A DNA stretch of 64,000 nt from an uncultured euryarchaeote. GTDB taxonomy: Archaea > Thermoplasmatota > Poseidoniia > Poseidoniales > Poseidoniaceae. The stretch spans positions 1 to 64,000 of the forward strand of contig CALBRH010000051.1 in NCBI GenBank assembly GCA_937899865.1, given 5' to 3'. The position numbers and the translations under genes are program-made. Shown here piece by piece: positions 49,255 through 58,229 of the stretch. Below the pieces are notes generated by a model. That model did not search any database and had not been told where the DNA came from. It saw only the letters and a list, made by a program, of their open reading frames with translations. The stretch's first letter is position 1. The number at the start of each line of letters is the position of its first letter.

Positions 49255-50414
49255 TGTAAAACCCCCGCAAGTCTTGATTGCTTTTCATGCATTTTGCCAT
49301 CCATACAAATCAACACACCACCCATTCCATTGACATAAAAGTCTGAACCTTCGGGTGCGCCAAATAATACATCATCATCATCAGACAAGGTTAATTCTCC
49401 TTCCTTTACCAAAGAAGTAATGAAAGTTGTAAGATTATTGGAGTATAGCATACTTGCAGTATTTGCTATTGTACCTGGCAAATTTGAAGTTCCAACAATT
49501 ATTACCCCATTTTTAGTAGTAATAATTTCACCTTTCTTAGTATCTTCACAATTACCTCCGACATCAGCATTCATGTCAACAATTACTGCTCCTGATTTGA
49601 ATTCGCTAACCGCACTACTTGGAACAGTAATTGGAGCAGGTCTACCAAAAATCCTTGCAGTGGTAATTACTATATCAGCATCTTTTGCAACTCCACATAC
49701 AGTATCGTTAACCTTCTGAATAAATTCTGGAGTTAGAGGTTTTGCATATCCAGATTCGTCTTCAAAATCATCCATGCCATCAACTTCGATGAATCTTCCA
49801 CCAACAGATTCAATTTGTTCTGCAGCAGATTTCCTAACATCGGATGCATAAACTACCGCACCCAATCTTTTTGCTGTAGCTATTGCTTGTAGCCCTGCTA
49901 CACCACTACCCATCACAACAACTTTTGCAGGCCTCACTGTACCAGCGGAAGTAGTCATCATTGGAATACCCTTAGGAACATTAGCCGCACCTAATAGAAC
50001 AGCTTTGTATCCAGCGAGATTATCTTGACTTGAATTTACATCCATTGATTGTGCTCTTGATAACCTTCTTGGAATCATATCCATAGACATCAAGGTAATG
50101 TTTGAATCCATGCATTGTTTGACATATTCTGGATTTCTAAAAGGATCTGCTACACATACTAGATTGGTTTTTTCTGCGATACCTTCTACACCTGGGAAAT
50201 TAATGCAGATTATATTCTCACAACTTAGTGCATCCTTACGTGAAACAATCTTTGCTCCCGCAGCTTCATAATCACTGTCATGGTAATTAGCAGATACTCC
50301 TGCGTTCTTTTCAATACAAACTTCAAATCCTGCTTTCAACAGTTTTTTTAGACTTGATGGAACTATCGCTACTCTTGTTTCTTTTTCCGGTTCTTTTGGC
50401 ACACCTAGTCTCAT
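49251..50414 (-). CDS. pntA: NAD(P) transhydrogenase alpha subunit, soluble NAD-binding part (PntA1); start moved to 50414
   Basis: GVPKE..ETRVA, RAQSMDV.SSQ.NLAGY, GSGVAGL.AIATAKRLGA, DVR, GGNCE. Confidence 0.96.
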   Translation of the reverse strand: MRLGVPKEPEKETRVAIVPSSLKKLLKAGFEVCIEKNAGVSANYHDSDYEAAGAKIVSRKDALSCENIICINFPGVEGIAEKTNLVCVADPFRNPEYVKQCMDSNITLMSMDMIPRRLSRAQSMDVNSSQDNLAGYKAVLLGAANVPKGIPMMTTSAGTVRPAKVVVMGSGVAGLQAIATAKRLGAVVYASDVRKSAAEQIESVGGRFIEVDGMDDFEDESGYAKPLTPEFIQKVNDTVCGVAKDADIVITTARIFGRPAPITVPSSAVSEFKSGAVIVDMNADVGGNCEDTKKGEIITTKNGVIIVGTSNLPGTIANTASMLYSNNLTTFITSLVKEGELTLSDDDDVLFGAPEGSDFYVNGMGGVLICMDGKMHEKQSRLAGVLQ

Positions 50415-50571
50415 TTTGACCACCAACCCGAGTAAAATAATCTGGGTCAATATGAGCCAGTCAAAGGCGGCTTTTAGATAACACGCTTGAAAACGCTTAC
50501 AGTTAGTGAGGGCTTTTCTACCATCTAACTTATTTTATGTCTTTTACTGGAGTATTCTAAAGGGGATTAAA

Positions 50572-51510
50572 TTGTCAAACTCTCGGAAAAAAATCGCAGT
50601 AATTGGTGCAGGAAATGTTGGGGCCACATGTGCATTTGTCTTGGCTCAGAAAAAGCTTGGAGATATTGTATTACTTGACATATACGAGGGTTTTGCTAAG
50701 GGTAAAGCATTAGATATGTCTCAAAATGGCCAAGTGCTAAACTATGATGGTAACTTAACTGGCACTTCTAATTATGAAGATATTGCAGGTGCTGATGTGG
50801 TTGTTGTTACTTCAGGATTTCCACGCCAGCCAGGGATGACTCGTGAAGATTTGATTGCTAAGAACGCAAGTATTGTTCAACAAGTAGGTGAAGGTATTAG
50901 AGATCATGCGCCTGAATCGATTATTATTATGGTCACTAATCCTCTGGATTTAATGACTTATCACATGCAAAAAGTCACAGGATTCCCTTCACATAGAGTC
51001 TGTGGCCAAGCAGGTGTTTTAGATAGTGCACGAATGACTCATTTTATTGCTGATGCAGTAGGTTGCTCTGAAGAAGATGTCCAAGCGATGGTTCTTGGTG
51101 GACATGGAGATACAATGGTGCCACTACCTAGATTTACTACTGTTGGTGGAATTTCTATTACTCATCTTTTGGATGAGGAAACGATTGAATCTATATGCAA
51201 GAGGACAGCGTCTGGTGGTGGCGAGATTGTTAAGTTATTAGAGAGAGGTTCCGCATTTTATGCTCCAGGTTCCGCAGCAGCAATTATGGCAGAAGCAGTA
51301 TTAAATGATCGCAAGAGATTGATTCCCGCATCTGCACTTCTCTCAGGACAATACGGACTTGATGATGTATACATTGGAGTGCCTGTTATTCTTGGAGCAG
51401 GTGGAATTGAGAGAATTATTGAACTTGATTTGAGTGAACAAGAATTAGCTAGCCTACAGGAATCTGGAAATTTCTATAAGTCTCAATTAACAGATATTCT
51501 TGGATACTAA
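50572..51510 (+). CDS. mdh: Malate dehydrogenase (LDH-like); probable TTG start at 50572
   Basis: GAGNVG, GKALD, RQPGMTREDL, VTNPLD, LDSAR, GGHGD, GGGEIV. Confidence 0.95.
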   Translation: MSNSRKKIAVIGAGNVGATCAFVLAQKKLGDIVLLDIYEGFAKGKALDMSQNGQVLNYDGNLTGTSNYEDIAGADVVVVTSGFPRQPGMTREDLIAKNASIVQQVGEGIRDHAPESIIIMVTNPLDLMTYHMQKVTGFPSHRVCGQAGVLDSARMTHFIADAVGCSEEDVQAMVLGGHGDTMVPLPRFTTVGGISITHLLDEETIESICKRTASGGGEIVKLLERGSAFYAPGSAAAIMAEAVLNDRKRLIPASALLSGQYGLDDVYIGVPVILGAGGIERIIELDLSEQELASLQESGNFYKSQLTDILGY

Positions 51511-52196
51511 ATTTTCTGTAAAAGTAGTGATTTTTCACTACCTTTAGTAGATGCCTTTGACATATCTATCAAATCATTATTTTGACTAATCAGTTTGTAC
51601 ATGCCTTTTTCGCGAGTTCGCATTCTTGTCAATATCTCTTGTCCAGTAAAACACCCTTTGTTTTCATGAACTTGATAATTTAGCCCACATTGGTATGGAT
51701 TACGATTACTTGAAACTTCATAACCATGCCATGGAATTAAATTATTAACTCGCCAGTTGGTAAATGATTCAGTATTACCATCGAGTAATTTTCTAGTCAA
51801 TTTACTTGAGTACATTTCAAATGAATATGAATTATTTATCGTAACAATTGTTGTTTCACTTAGAGTTGCTACTGGTTCATCATTAATGGTTTCATCATAA
51901 ACTATGTCAACGTGATTTAGTTCACTAACATCGTTGATTATCACATCTTGTGAGAGTATTTTACTATTGAGGAAATTTTTCAACTCGGCTAAATCCTCAC
52001 AAATTGTAATTGAAATTAGCATATCATTTAGCATGAATAAATGTAATTGAGCAATAATTTTAGCACGATTAGAAAGCACTAATGTGTCGATGACTGAATT
52101 TGATTGAAAATCTATCATATTACTGGACAGGCCGTCTAGAAATCTAGCACAATCCTTTCCTGTGAATATTAGTATATTCGCATCATCAAATGCCAT
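51507..52196 (-). CDS. ygfZ: YgfZ/Iba57 folate-binding Fe-S maturation protein (short form); start probably 52196 or 52205
   Basis: Signature KGCFTGQE; G.D..RFLDGL.SN at the N-terminus. Confidence 0.85.
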   Translation of the reverse strand: MAFDDANILIFTGKDCARFLDGLSSNMIDFQSNSVIDTLVLSNRAKIIAQLHLFMLNDMLISITICEDLAELKNFLNSKILSQDVIINDVSELNHVDIVYDETINDEPVATLSETTIVTINNSYSFEMYSSKLTRKLLDGNTESFTNWRVNNLIPWHGYEVSSNRNPYQCGLNYQVHENKGCFTGQEILTRMRTREKGMYKLISQNNDLIDMSKASTKGSEKSLLLQKI

Positions 52197-52213
52197 CCTG
52201 GGCAATTTATCAC

Positions 52214-52594
52214 CTATGCAAAAGATTCGCCGCAACCACAAGAAGATTTAGCATTTGGATTATTTATTTTGAATCCTCCACCCATCAATCGATCTTCGTA
52301 ATCAATTTCAATTCCATCTAGTAAATGGCTAGATGAGTTGGGAACTAATATCCTAAAACCAGCTATCGATAGTTCTTGACAATCAATATCTGTATTATCT
52401 ACGATTTGTAAGTCGTACATATATCCTGAACATCCACCAGATAGAACTCCTACTAATAGTGCCATACTTCTATCCTCACCAAATGCTTGTTCAAGCATTG
52501 ATTTTGCATTTTCAGTAACAGTCAAATTAACATTAACAACGTCTGGTTTCTGAATAATTACCGGACTCGCACTCTCACATGTTCCGCAATCCAT
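52214..52594 (-). CDS. A-type Fe-S carrier (IscA/HesB/ErpA family)
   Basis: GGCSG.MY, GFKINNPNAKSSCGCGESF; extra N-terminal CGTC. Confidence 0.95.
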   Translation of the reverse strand: MDCGTCESASPVIIQKPDVVNVNLTVTENAKSMLEQAFGEDRSMALLVGVLSGGCSGYMYDLQIVDNTDIDCQELSIAGFRILVPNSSSHLLDGIEIDYEDRLMGGGFKINNPNAKSSCGCGESFA

Positions 52595-52646
52595 GCCAAT
52601 CCCAACCTGTCCCTCTCTATCAATATGTGCATCAAATGGTTAGCAA

Positions 52647-53999
52647 TTAATCTATAATTGAGATTTCATAACAGCATGAATTTGTATCATCAATACATTG
52701 ACGTTTGCAAGATTCTATTGTTTTGTTATATCTTTCCTTGACTACACCAGCAATAACACTTTCATCCATATTACAGAACATCCATGACGTTTCTGGCTGT
52801 CCATCACAAGCATTTCCATCATAGACTGTAATGGTATTTGGTGGTAATTGATCAAATTCAATTTTACCCATTCCTAGATCTTTCCATTCTGATTTGATAT
52901 TGTCCCAAAATTTCCTATCATCAGAGATATTTTGAAGTTTCACTGCTAATTCTTGCCCTATTCTAAAGCCCACATCCTGGAATAATTGATTTGTATTAAT
53001 TCCTAGTGCAGCAAGGGTATTTGATTGAGGTATTATGTCATTGCTGATTATTTCACCACCACGTGTTAAAACCGCATTTGTACTATTACTCATTCCTATT
53101 TTCATTGATTCCTTAAATTTCTCATAAAATGAGCCATCTCCCAAAGTTAGTCTAAGTGGTTCAGTCATCAATCCATCAACCATTTTTGCTTTAGCTGTAT
53201 TGTAAGAAGTGGCAGCATTCCATTGGATTCTCAATAATTCACTTTGAGCACTTAGTAGCATGTCCGATTCCATCAAAATCGCAGTATCTTCTTTTCCACG
53301 GCCAGTAGGAGATTCTTCGGTTTGAACGAATTGTATACCTACTTCATTATCGACAAAGACGCCACACAAATTGAAATCTGGATGATGTCGGATTTCGATT
53401 CTTGAATCCAAATTATCATAAAATCTGATTGTTTTTTCATCAATACAAACTACAAGTTTAACATCTATGTTACGATTGATTGCTTCATTAATCGAATCCA
53501 TACAACCCGACCTAAGCATATGCAAAATGCCCCATTTACCAAGTAGCAGCCATATGTGCTCTTCAGCCTCCGCAACTATTGATTCAATAGTGGCATGAAT
53601 TGAATGACGGTCTTTTAATACAGAGAATGAATCTTCTTGATAGTTAATTTGATTGGAAATTATGGCAAAATTTTCCGATGTATTTAGTGAGTCTAAATTG
53701 TCATTAATCCTACGTAAATCCATTTCCTTAGTTCTAATAATTTGTTTGAAAACATCACTAATTGTCATACCAAAAAATCTTATTGGCTTATCCAGTGTTG
53801 CTTTCACTAATCCTTTTTCTTGTAATTTTTTCAATGAATTATATGCATCCATTCTAGAAAGTCCCATTCGTTTACCAATTTCACTAGCTTTTGCCGGTGG
53901 TTGACTTGCCATATCAATAATCAGTAGTGCGTGTTTTTCCTCCAAACCAGCCTCAACTAATTTTTGAACAATCACTTGATTATCTATCAATAGATTCAC
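52647..53999 (-). CDS. TrmB-family transcription regulator with C-terminal V4R domain
   Basis: wHTH ASEIGKRMGLSRMDAYNSLKKLQEKGLV..KP.RF; TrmB effector-like middle domain; W..LGMG.I....FC....IAG....C...C....CCYEI. Confidence 0.82.
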   Translation of the reverse strand: MNLLIDNQVIVQKLVEAGLEEKHALLIIDMASQPPAKASEIGKRMGLSRMDAYNSLKKLQEKGLVKATLDKPIRFFGMTISDVFKQIIRTKEMDLRRINDNLDSLNTSENFAIISNQINYQEDSFSVLKDRHSIHATIESIVAEAEEHIWLLLGKWGILHMLRSGCMDSINEAINRNIDVKLVVCIDEKTIRFYDNLDSRIEIRHHPDFNLCGVFVDNEVGIQFVQTEESPTGRGKEDTAILMESDMLLSAQSELLRIQWNAATSYNTAKAKMVDGLMTEPLRLTLGDGSFYEKFKESMKIGMSNSTNAVLTRGGEIISNDIIPQSNTLAALGINTNQLFQDVGFRIGQELAVKLQNISDDRKFWDNIKSEWKDLGMGKIEFDQLPPNTITVYDGNACDGQPETSWMFCNMDESVIAGVVKERYNKTIESCKRQCIDDTNSCCYEISIID

Positions 54000-56197
54000 C
54001 TTTTCTTTTTGTTCTGTTCTTTGATAAGAATATTACATCTCCTAATTTGATCCTTAGTACGCTTAATCTCTTCTTTAGATAATCCTCTTGGTATTGCTTG
54101 TTCGAAGCATTTAACAGAATCTTGATATCTTTCCATCTCAGCATATGCTGTCCCCATATTGTACAATGTTTTTCCACGAACCTCTTCAGGTTTAATCAAC
54201 ATTGCTTGATGATAAGATTCAACACATGCAGGATAATTTTCTAGATAATAAAATGCATTTCCTCTTCCATTTAAGATTCTAATTACCATTTCATCATCAT
54301 CTGCAAAAGATGGCAATGCTCTATCAAAACATGACAATGCTTCTGCATACTTACCCGCCTCTATCAATGCTACTCCTTGGTTGTACCAAGAAATATCTTG
54401 ATTAGCAACTGCATTGGATTCAGGGTTACGGAATTCCTCCTGAACCAACGAACTAGATTGAACTTCCAAAGCAGCTTTTGCTAAGTCAACCTCTGGGTTC
54501 GGAGTTGTCTCAGGTACAGGTTGCTCGATTTGAGGTCGAGATAATAATTCATTTGCGCTCATCATTTGTTCTTGATTCACTTCTACAGGTTGTTCTACTA
54601 TCTGATTGGTTTGTGGAATCTGCATGGCTGCATTATCTTGTTGTGTTTCTGTTGAAGAGGTTGCAGAAGAGATATCAGGTGCAACCACACCTCCACCTCT
54701 TTTAGCTAGTTCTTCCTCAATTTCTTTAGCTTTGATGCTACACTTTTCAGCAGTAGTATTGTCACCAGCCGCATAAAGAGCCTTTGACAAACCTCGCCAA
54801 GTTTCAGGGTCATTACGTTCCGATTGAATTAGACCTTTCCAAATCTTAACTGATTCCATGTGATTGTTTGCCATTGTATGTGCTCTAGCATGTAATTTAG
54901 TATCTCCTTGGCCAAGCAAATCCAGTGCTGTTTTTGCCATCTCAGGTCCTTCTGGTAGAGTAGGAGGAATTCCTGCTTGCAATTCCAATACTCTCGATTC
55001 ACCTTCTGCTAGTTCAATCAATGTTGTTGCCAATTCTAATCTAACAGGGCTTTCAGGATCTGCTGCAATGATAATTGTGGCAGCAGATAGATATGCTTCA
55101 GGGTCTTTTAATTCCATTGCCAGTGGCGCCCACTTCTGTGCTGCTTTGACATATGACGGGTCTTCTCGTAATGCATTAGAATAGCATGTAGAAGCCTCTT
55201 TTAACAAACCCTTTCTTTGCTTTAATGAACCCAAGTTATACCATCCCTTAGGATTTGATGGGTCTAATTTTTGTGCGTGTTCAATTGCAGAAATAGCATG
55301 ATCTTGTAAATCTAATCTTGCCATTGCTCCACCAGCTATCAACCATGATTGAGGATGCTTAGATGCTTCATTTTTCAGATGAGGTTTGAGTAGTGCAAGA
55401 GCACCCTTTGCATCACCTGATTGAATCAAATTTTTGGCTTCATTAGCCATATTGTCTAAGTCAAGTACATTGTCCATTTCAGTCTCAATAGGGACTACAG
55501 GTAAATCTGGAATTGCTTGAACTACTGGTTGAGATACTTCGATTCTGTCCTTAATGTCTTCAGTTGCAATTACTACTTCAGCAGCAGAACGCAATTCTTC
55601 TATGTCTAATTGCTGATTATCATCTGCATCATGATGAACTGCTTCATCTAGTAGTGCATTTACATCACTTATACCAGTTTCTTGAACAACTGTTTCTACA
55701 TCTTCTTGGTCAAATGATTCAATTTGTTCTACAGCTTGCATAGATTCTAATGGCTTTGTAGAAGCACTGCCTTGACATCTATTTTTTACATCCATAATTG
55801 TGGGATGTCCAGGGTAGAACTCTAATGCTTTCAAAGCCATACTATAGGCTCCAACTTGATCTCCTATACGCTCCAACAAGATGCATAAATTGGCAGTAGC
55901 TGGAGCATGATTTGGATTTACATCAAGGCATATTTGAAAAGCCTGTCTTGCCCCTCTTGCATCTTGTTGTGCTTCAAGCAAGACTCCTCTGTTGAACCAT
56001 GCCATGTCTGAGGATGGGTCGAGTGATATTGCTTTGTTAAAGGCTGCAAGTGCAGTTTTTGAATCACCAGATCTTGAAGCTTCTTCACCACTTATCAATA
56101 GAGACTCAACTTGGTTGACAACATTATCATCGTTGCTTTCTTGTTCCTTATCGGTTAATTGGTCCATAAGCCTCATTCTATTGGCGTAGAGACTCAA
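53996..56197 (-). CDS. Tetratricopeptide repeat protein
   Basis: Three TPR clusters (AWFNRGVLL, GWYNLGSL, SWYNQGVAL, LYNMGTAY) separated by acidic linkers. Confidence 0.92.
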   Translation of the reverse strand: MSLYANRMRLMDQLTDKEQESNDDNVVNQVESLLISGEEASRSGDSKTALAAFNKAISLDPSSDMAWFNRGVLLEAQQDARGARQAFQICLDVNPNHAPATANLCILLERIGDQVGAYSMALKALEFYPGHPTIMDVKNRCQGSASTKPLESMQAVEQIESFDQEDVETVVQETGISDVNALLDEAVHHDADDNQQLDIEELRSAAEVVIATEDIKDRIEVSQPVVQAIPDLPVVPIETEMDNVLDLDNMANEAKNLIQSGDAKGALALLKPHLKNEASKHPQSWLIAGGAMARLDLQDHAISAIEHAQKLDPSNPKGWYNLGSLKQRKGLLKEASTCYSNALREDPSYVKAAQKWAPLAMELKDPEAYLSAATIIIAADPESPVRLELATTLIELAEGESRVLELQAGIPPTLPEGPEMAKTALDLLGQGDTKLHARAHTMANNHMESVKIWKGLIQSERNDPETWRGLSKALYAAGDNTTAEKCSIKAKEIEEELAKRGGGVVAPDISSATSSTETQQDNAAMQIPQTNQIVEQPVEVNQEQMMSANELLSRPQIEQPVPETTPNPEVDLAKAALEVQSSSLVQEEFRNPESNAVANQDISWYNQGVALIEAGKYAEALSCFDRALPSFADDDEMVIRILNGRGNAFYYLENYPACVESYHQAMLIKPEEVRGKTLYNMGTAYAEMERYQDSVKCFEQAIPRGLSKEEIKRTKDQIRRCNILIKEQNKKKR

Positions 56198-56266
56198 TCA
56201 TAAGGGTTACTTATCTATGTACGAACAGACACTTACATTCAATAACCTTGAATACTTGGGATATGT

Positions 56267-56815
56267 ATGGGAAAATATCCTTACAAGGTACTTGGGTTAA
56301 GTGGAGAATACCGTCCAACTTCAAAGTGTGGAATGCTGGTTAATCATGCTCTAAATATCGCAGAATCATTAGGTGCTGAAGTACATTTTTGGGACTTGGA
56401 TGTAAAACCACTTCCGATAGTTGGTGAAGAAGGTTGTTGGGAAAATGAAAATGTCAAGGAATTTCAAGAACTTGCTACTCAATGTGATGCATTTTTGGTT
56501 TCATCACCTGAATATCACGGTACAATGTCAGGGGCCATGAAAAACACCTTTGATTGGCTTTACAGCAAGCATGTAAAAGGCAAGGTTTTCGGTTTAATGT
56601 CAACTTTAGGTGGAGCACAAAACTCGAATACTTTGAATCACATGAGAATAATGCTAAGATGGATTCATGGTTGGCCAGTTCCTGAACAATTAGCCATTGG
56701 TAAAGTTAAGGAAGCATTTGATGAAGATGGTAATTTAGTAAGTGAAGAAACTAAAGAAAGATTACAAAATTTAGTTGAATCAGTGCTGGAAAATACTAGA
56801 AAATTATCACAGTAG
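56267..56815 (+). CDS. NAD(P)H-dependent FMN reductase (flavodoxin-like fold)
   Basis: SPEYHGTMSGAMKNTFDW, GKVFGLMS..GG. Confidence 0.9.
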   Translation: MGKYPYKVLGLSGEYRPTSKCGMLVNHALNIAESLGAEVHFWDLDVKPLPIVGEEGCWENENVKEFQELATQCDAFLVSSPEYHGTMSGAMKNTFDWLYSKHVKGKVFGLMSTLGGAQNSNTLNHMRIMLRWIHGWPVPEQLAIGKVKEAFDEDGNLVSEETKERLQNLVESVLENTRKLSQ

Positions 56816-57556
56816 GTGTTCCTATTGTCAAGACCAAAATTTGAAGATGAATTTGGTGGAACTTATGTCTTGATTGAACCGGGTAAATTTACCATGGGGG
56901 ATTTAGTCGGAGATGGATTGGATAGAGAATTACCTAATCATGAAGTTGAGATTCAATCACCTTTTTTTATTGGACAAAGACCAGTTACTCAAATGCACTG
57001 GGAAGGTATTATGGGTCATAATCCATCAAAATTTCAAGAAGGTTGGAGTTCTGGATTACGCCCAGTGGATTCAGTATCCTTCCATGATTGCATTGATTTC
57101 ATTAATAAATTAAACAAATATCACAATTCAACACCTAGATTATCATTACAAGGTATTTGGCGACTACCGACGGAGGCTGAATGGGAATACTGTGCTAAAT
57201 CAGGAACTGAAACAAAATGGAGCTTTGGAAATTTTGATGGTGATTTAGATGATTATGGTTGGCATGCAGGCAATTCAGGAGCATCTACAAGAGAAGTTGG
57301 GCTTAAGAAAGCAAATAATTGGGAATTATACGATATGTATGGCTTAATTTCTGAATGGTGTCAAGATAATTATCGAAAAGATTACACAATTAAATCTAAG
57401 CAAAATTCATATCTTGATGGATCTGATACTTATTGTACACGTGGAGGTAGTTGGTTTACTGAGAGTGATTCAACAAGAAGTTCCGCTAGAGGACAAGCCA
57501 ATGTAAACAAAGTTAGTGACGGAATCGGAATTCGATTGGTATGGGAGCCACTTTGA
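56816..57556 (+). CDS. Formylglycine-generating enzyme (SUMF1/FGE-sulfatase) family protein
   Basis: F.MG...E.P.H.V, PVTQ.HW, RLPTEAEWEY, N.WELYDM.G...EW, RGGSW, GIRLV; no catalytic Cys pair visible. Confidence 0.9.
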   Translation: MFLLSRPKFEDEFGGTYVLIEPGKFTMGDLVGDGLDRELPNHEVEIQSPFFIGQRPVTQMHWEGIMGHNPSKFQEGWSSGLRPVDSVSFHDCIDFINKLNKYHNSTPRLSLQGIWRLPTEAEWEYCAKSGTETKWSFGNFDGDLDDYGWHAGNSGASTREVGLKKANNWELYDMYGLISEWCQDNYRKDYTIKSKQNSYLDGSDTYCTRGGSWFTESDSTRSSARGQANVNKVSDGIGIRLVWEPL

Positions 57557-58045
57557 TTATTCTTCCTCAAGAAAAATTCCTAATTTATCATCAAGTGGCT
57601 CTAGGGTTTGATTGGTAGGTGTAATACCCTGTTCTATTGACCATTTACCTGTAAATTCATCATTCAATATCGTCATGAGATTTTTTTCTTTGAGCAAGTT
57701 AATTCCTGCTGCTGTTCGGTGAATTACTGGTGCAATGTCTTCATGATATAGCGAATCAAGAATCTCGCAAATATCTTCAAATTTTCTTGTTCCATCACAT
57801 AGTTGCCATAACATGCTATTTTTCACATCAAGTGGACGTCTAATTTCTCTAGGTGCTCTAAACATCTTTGCTAAAATTCGCTCAAATCTATTGAATCTTT
57901 TCTCAATTCTAAGTATTACTTTTCTCCCGCTTATGTTATTTAATTCTGGTTTAACACCAATATCACCAAAGTATCCCCACCATACAGGAAGCCTACATGG
58001 GTATTTACCATACATTACGTGATCTTTGATTCCTGATATGCTCAC
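57557..58045 (-). CDS. PqqD/RRE-family protein with N-terminal extension
   Basis: LD..NSMLWQLCDGTRKFEDICEIL...Y.E......R....I.LL...NL; GAGGTG SD upstream. Confidence 0.75.
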   Translation of the reverse strand: MSISGIKDHVMYGKYPCRLPVWWGYFGDIGVKPELNNISGRKVILRIEKRFNRFERILAKMFRAPREIRRPLDVKNSMLWQLCDGTRKFEDICEILDSLYHEDIAPVIHRTAAGINLLKEKNLMTILNDEFTGKWSIEQGITPTNQTLEPLDDKLGIFLEEE

Positions 58046-58049
58046 AAGT

Positions 58050-58056
58050 TCACCTC
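58050..58056 (-). promoter_or_regulatory. Shine-Dalgarno motif for the PqqD-like gene overlapping the upstream stop codon
   Basis: GAGGTGA 4 nt before the GTG at 58045. Confidence 0.7.
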
Positions 58057-58228
58057 AAAAATCAATTAAAGTCCAAAATAACATTGTTGTCATTGCAATT
58101 ACTCCAGTATATGCCGATAATTTTGTGAGTTCAACTTTTTTGGTAAAATTTTTCAAGTACCAAGTTGAAACTCCACAGACAGAAATTACTACCCAAAGAG
58201 CATACCACAGCGCTGGATAATCTGCCAC
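58055..58228 (-). CDS. Small two-TM membrane protein (57 aa; absent from ORF track)
   Basis: GTG GCA GAT.. translates to MADYPALWYALWVVISVCGVSTWYLKNFTKKVELTKLSAYTGVIAMTTMLFWTLIDF*; fills the gap between co-oriented genes, and its stop overlaps the next SD. Confidence 0.75.
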   Translation of the reverse strand: MADYPALWYALWVVISVCGVSTWYLKNFTKKVELTKLSAYTGVIAMTTMLFWTLIDF

Positions 58229-58229
58229 A

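Noticed and set aside
57557-58045. PQQ biosynthesis
   Set aside because: No pqqA/B/C/E in the window; a PqqD fold alone is not diagnostic
58026-58220. 64-aa plus-strand ORF
   Set aside because: Antisense shadow of the minus-strand 57-aa membrane protein, which fits the operon and SD pattern
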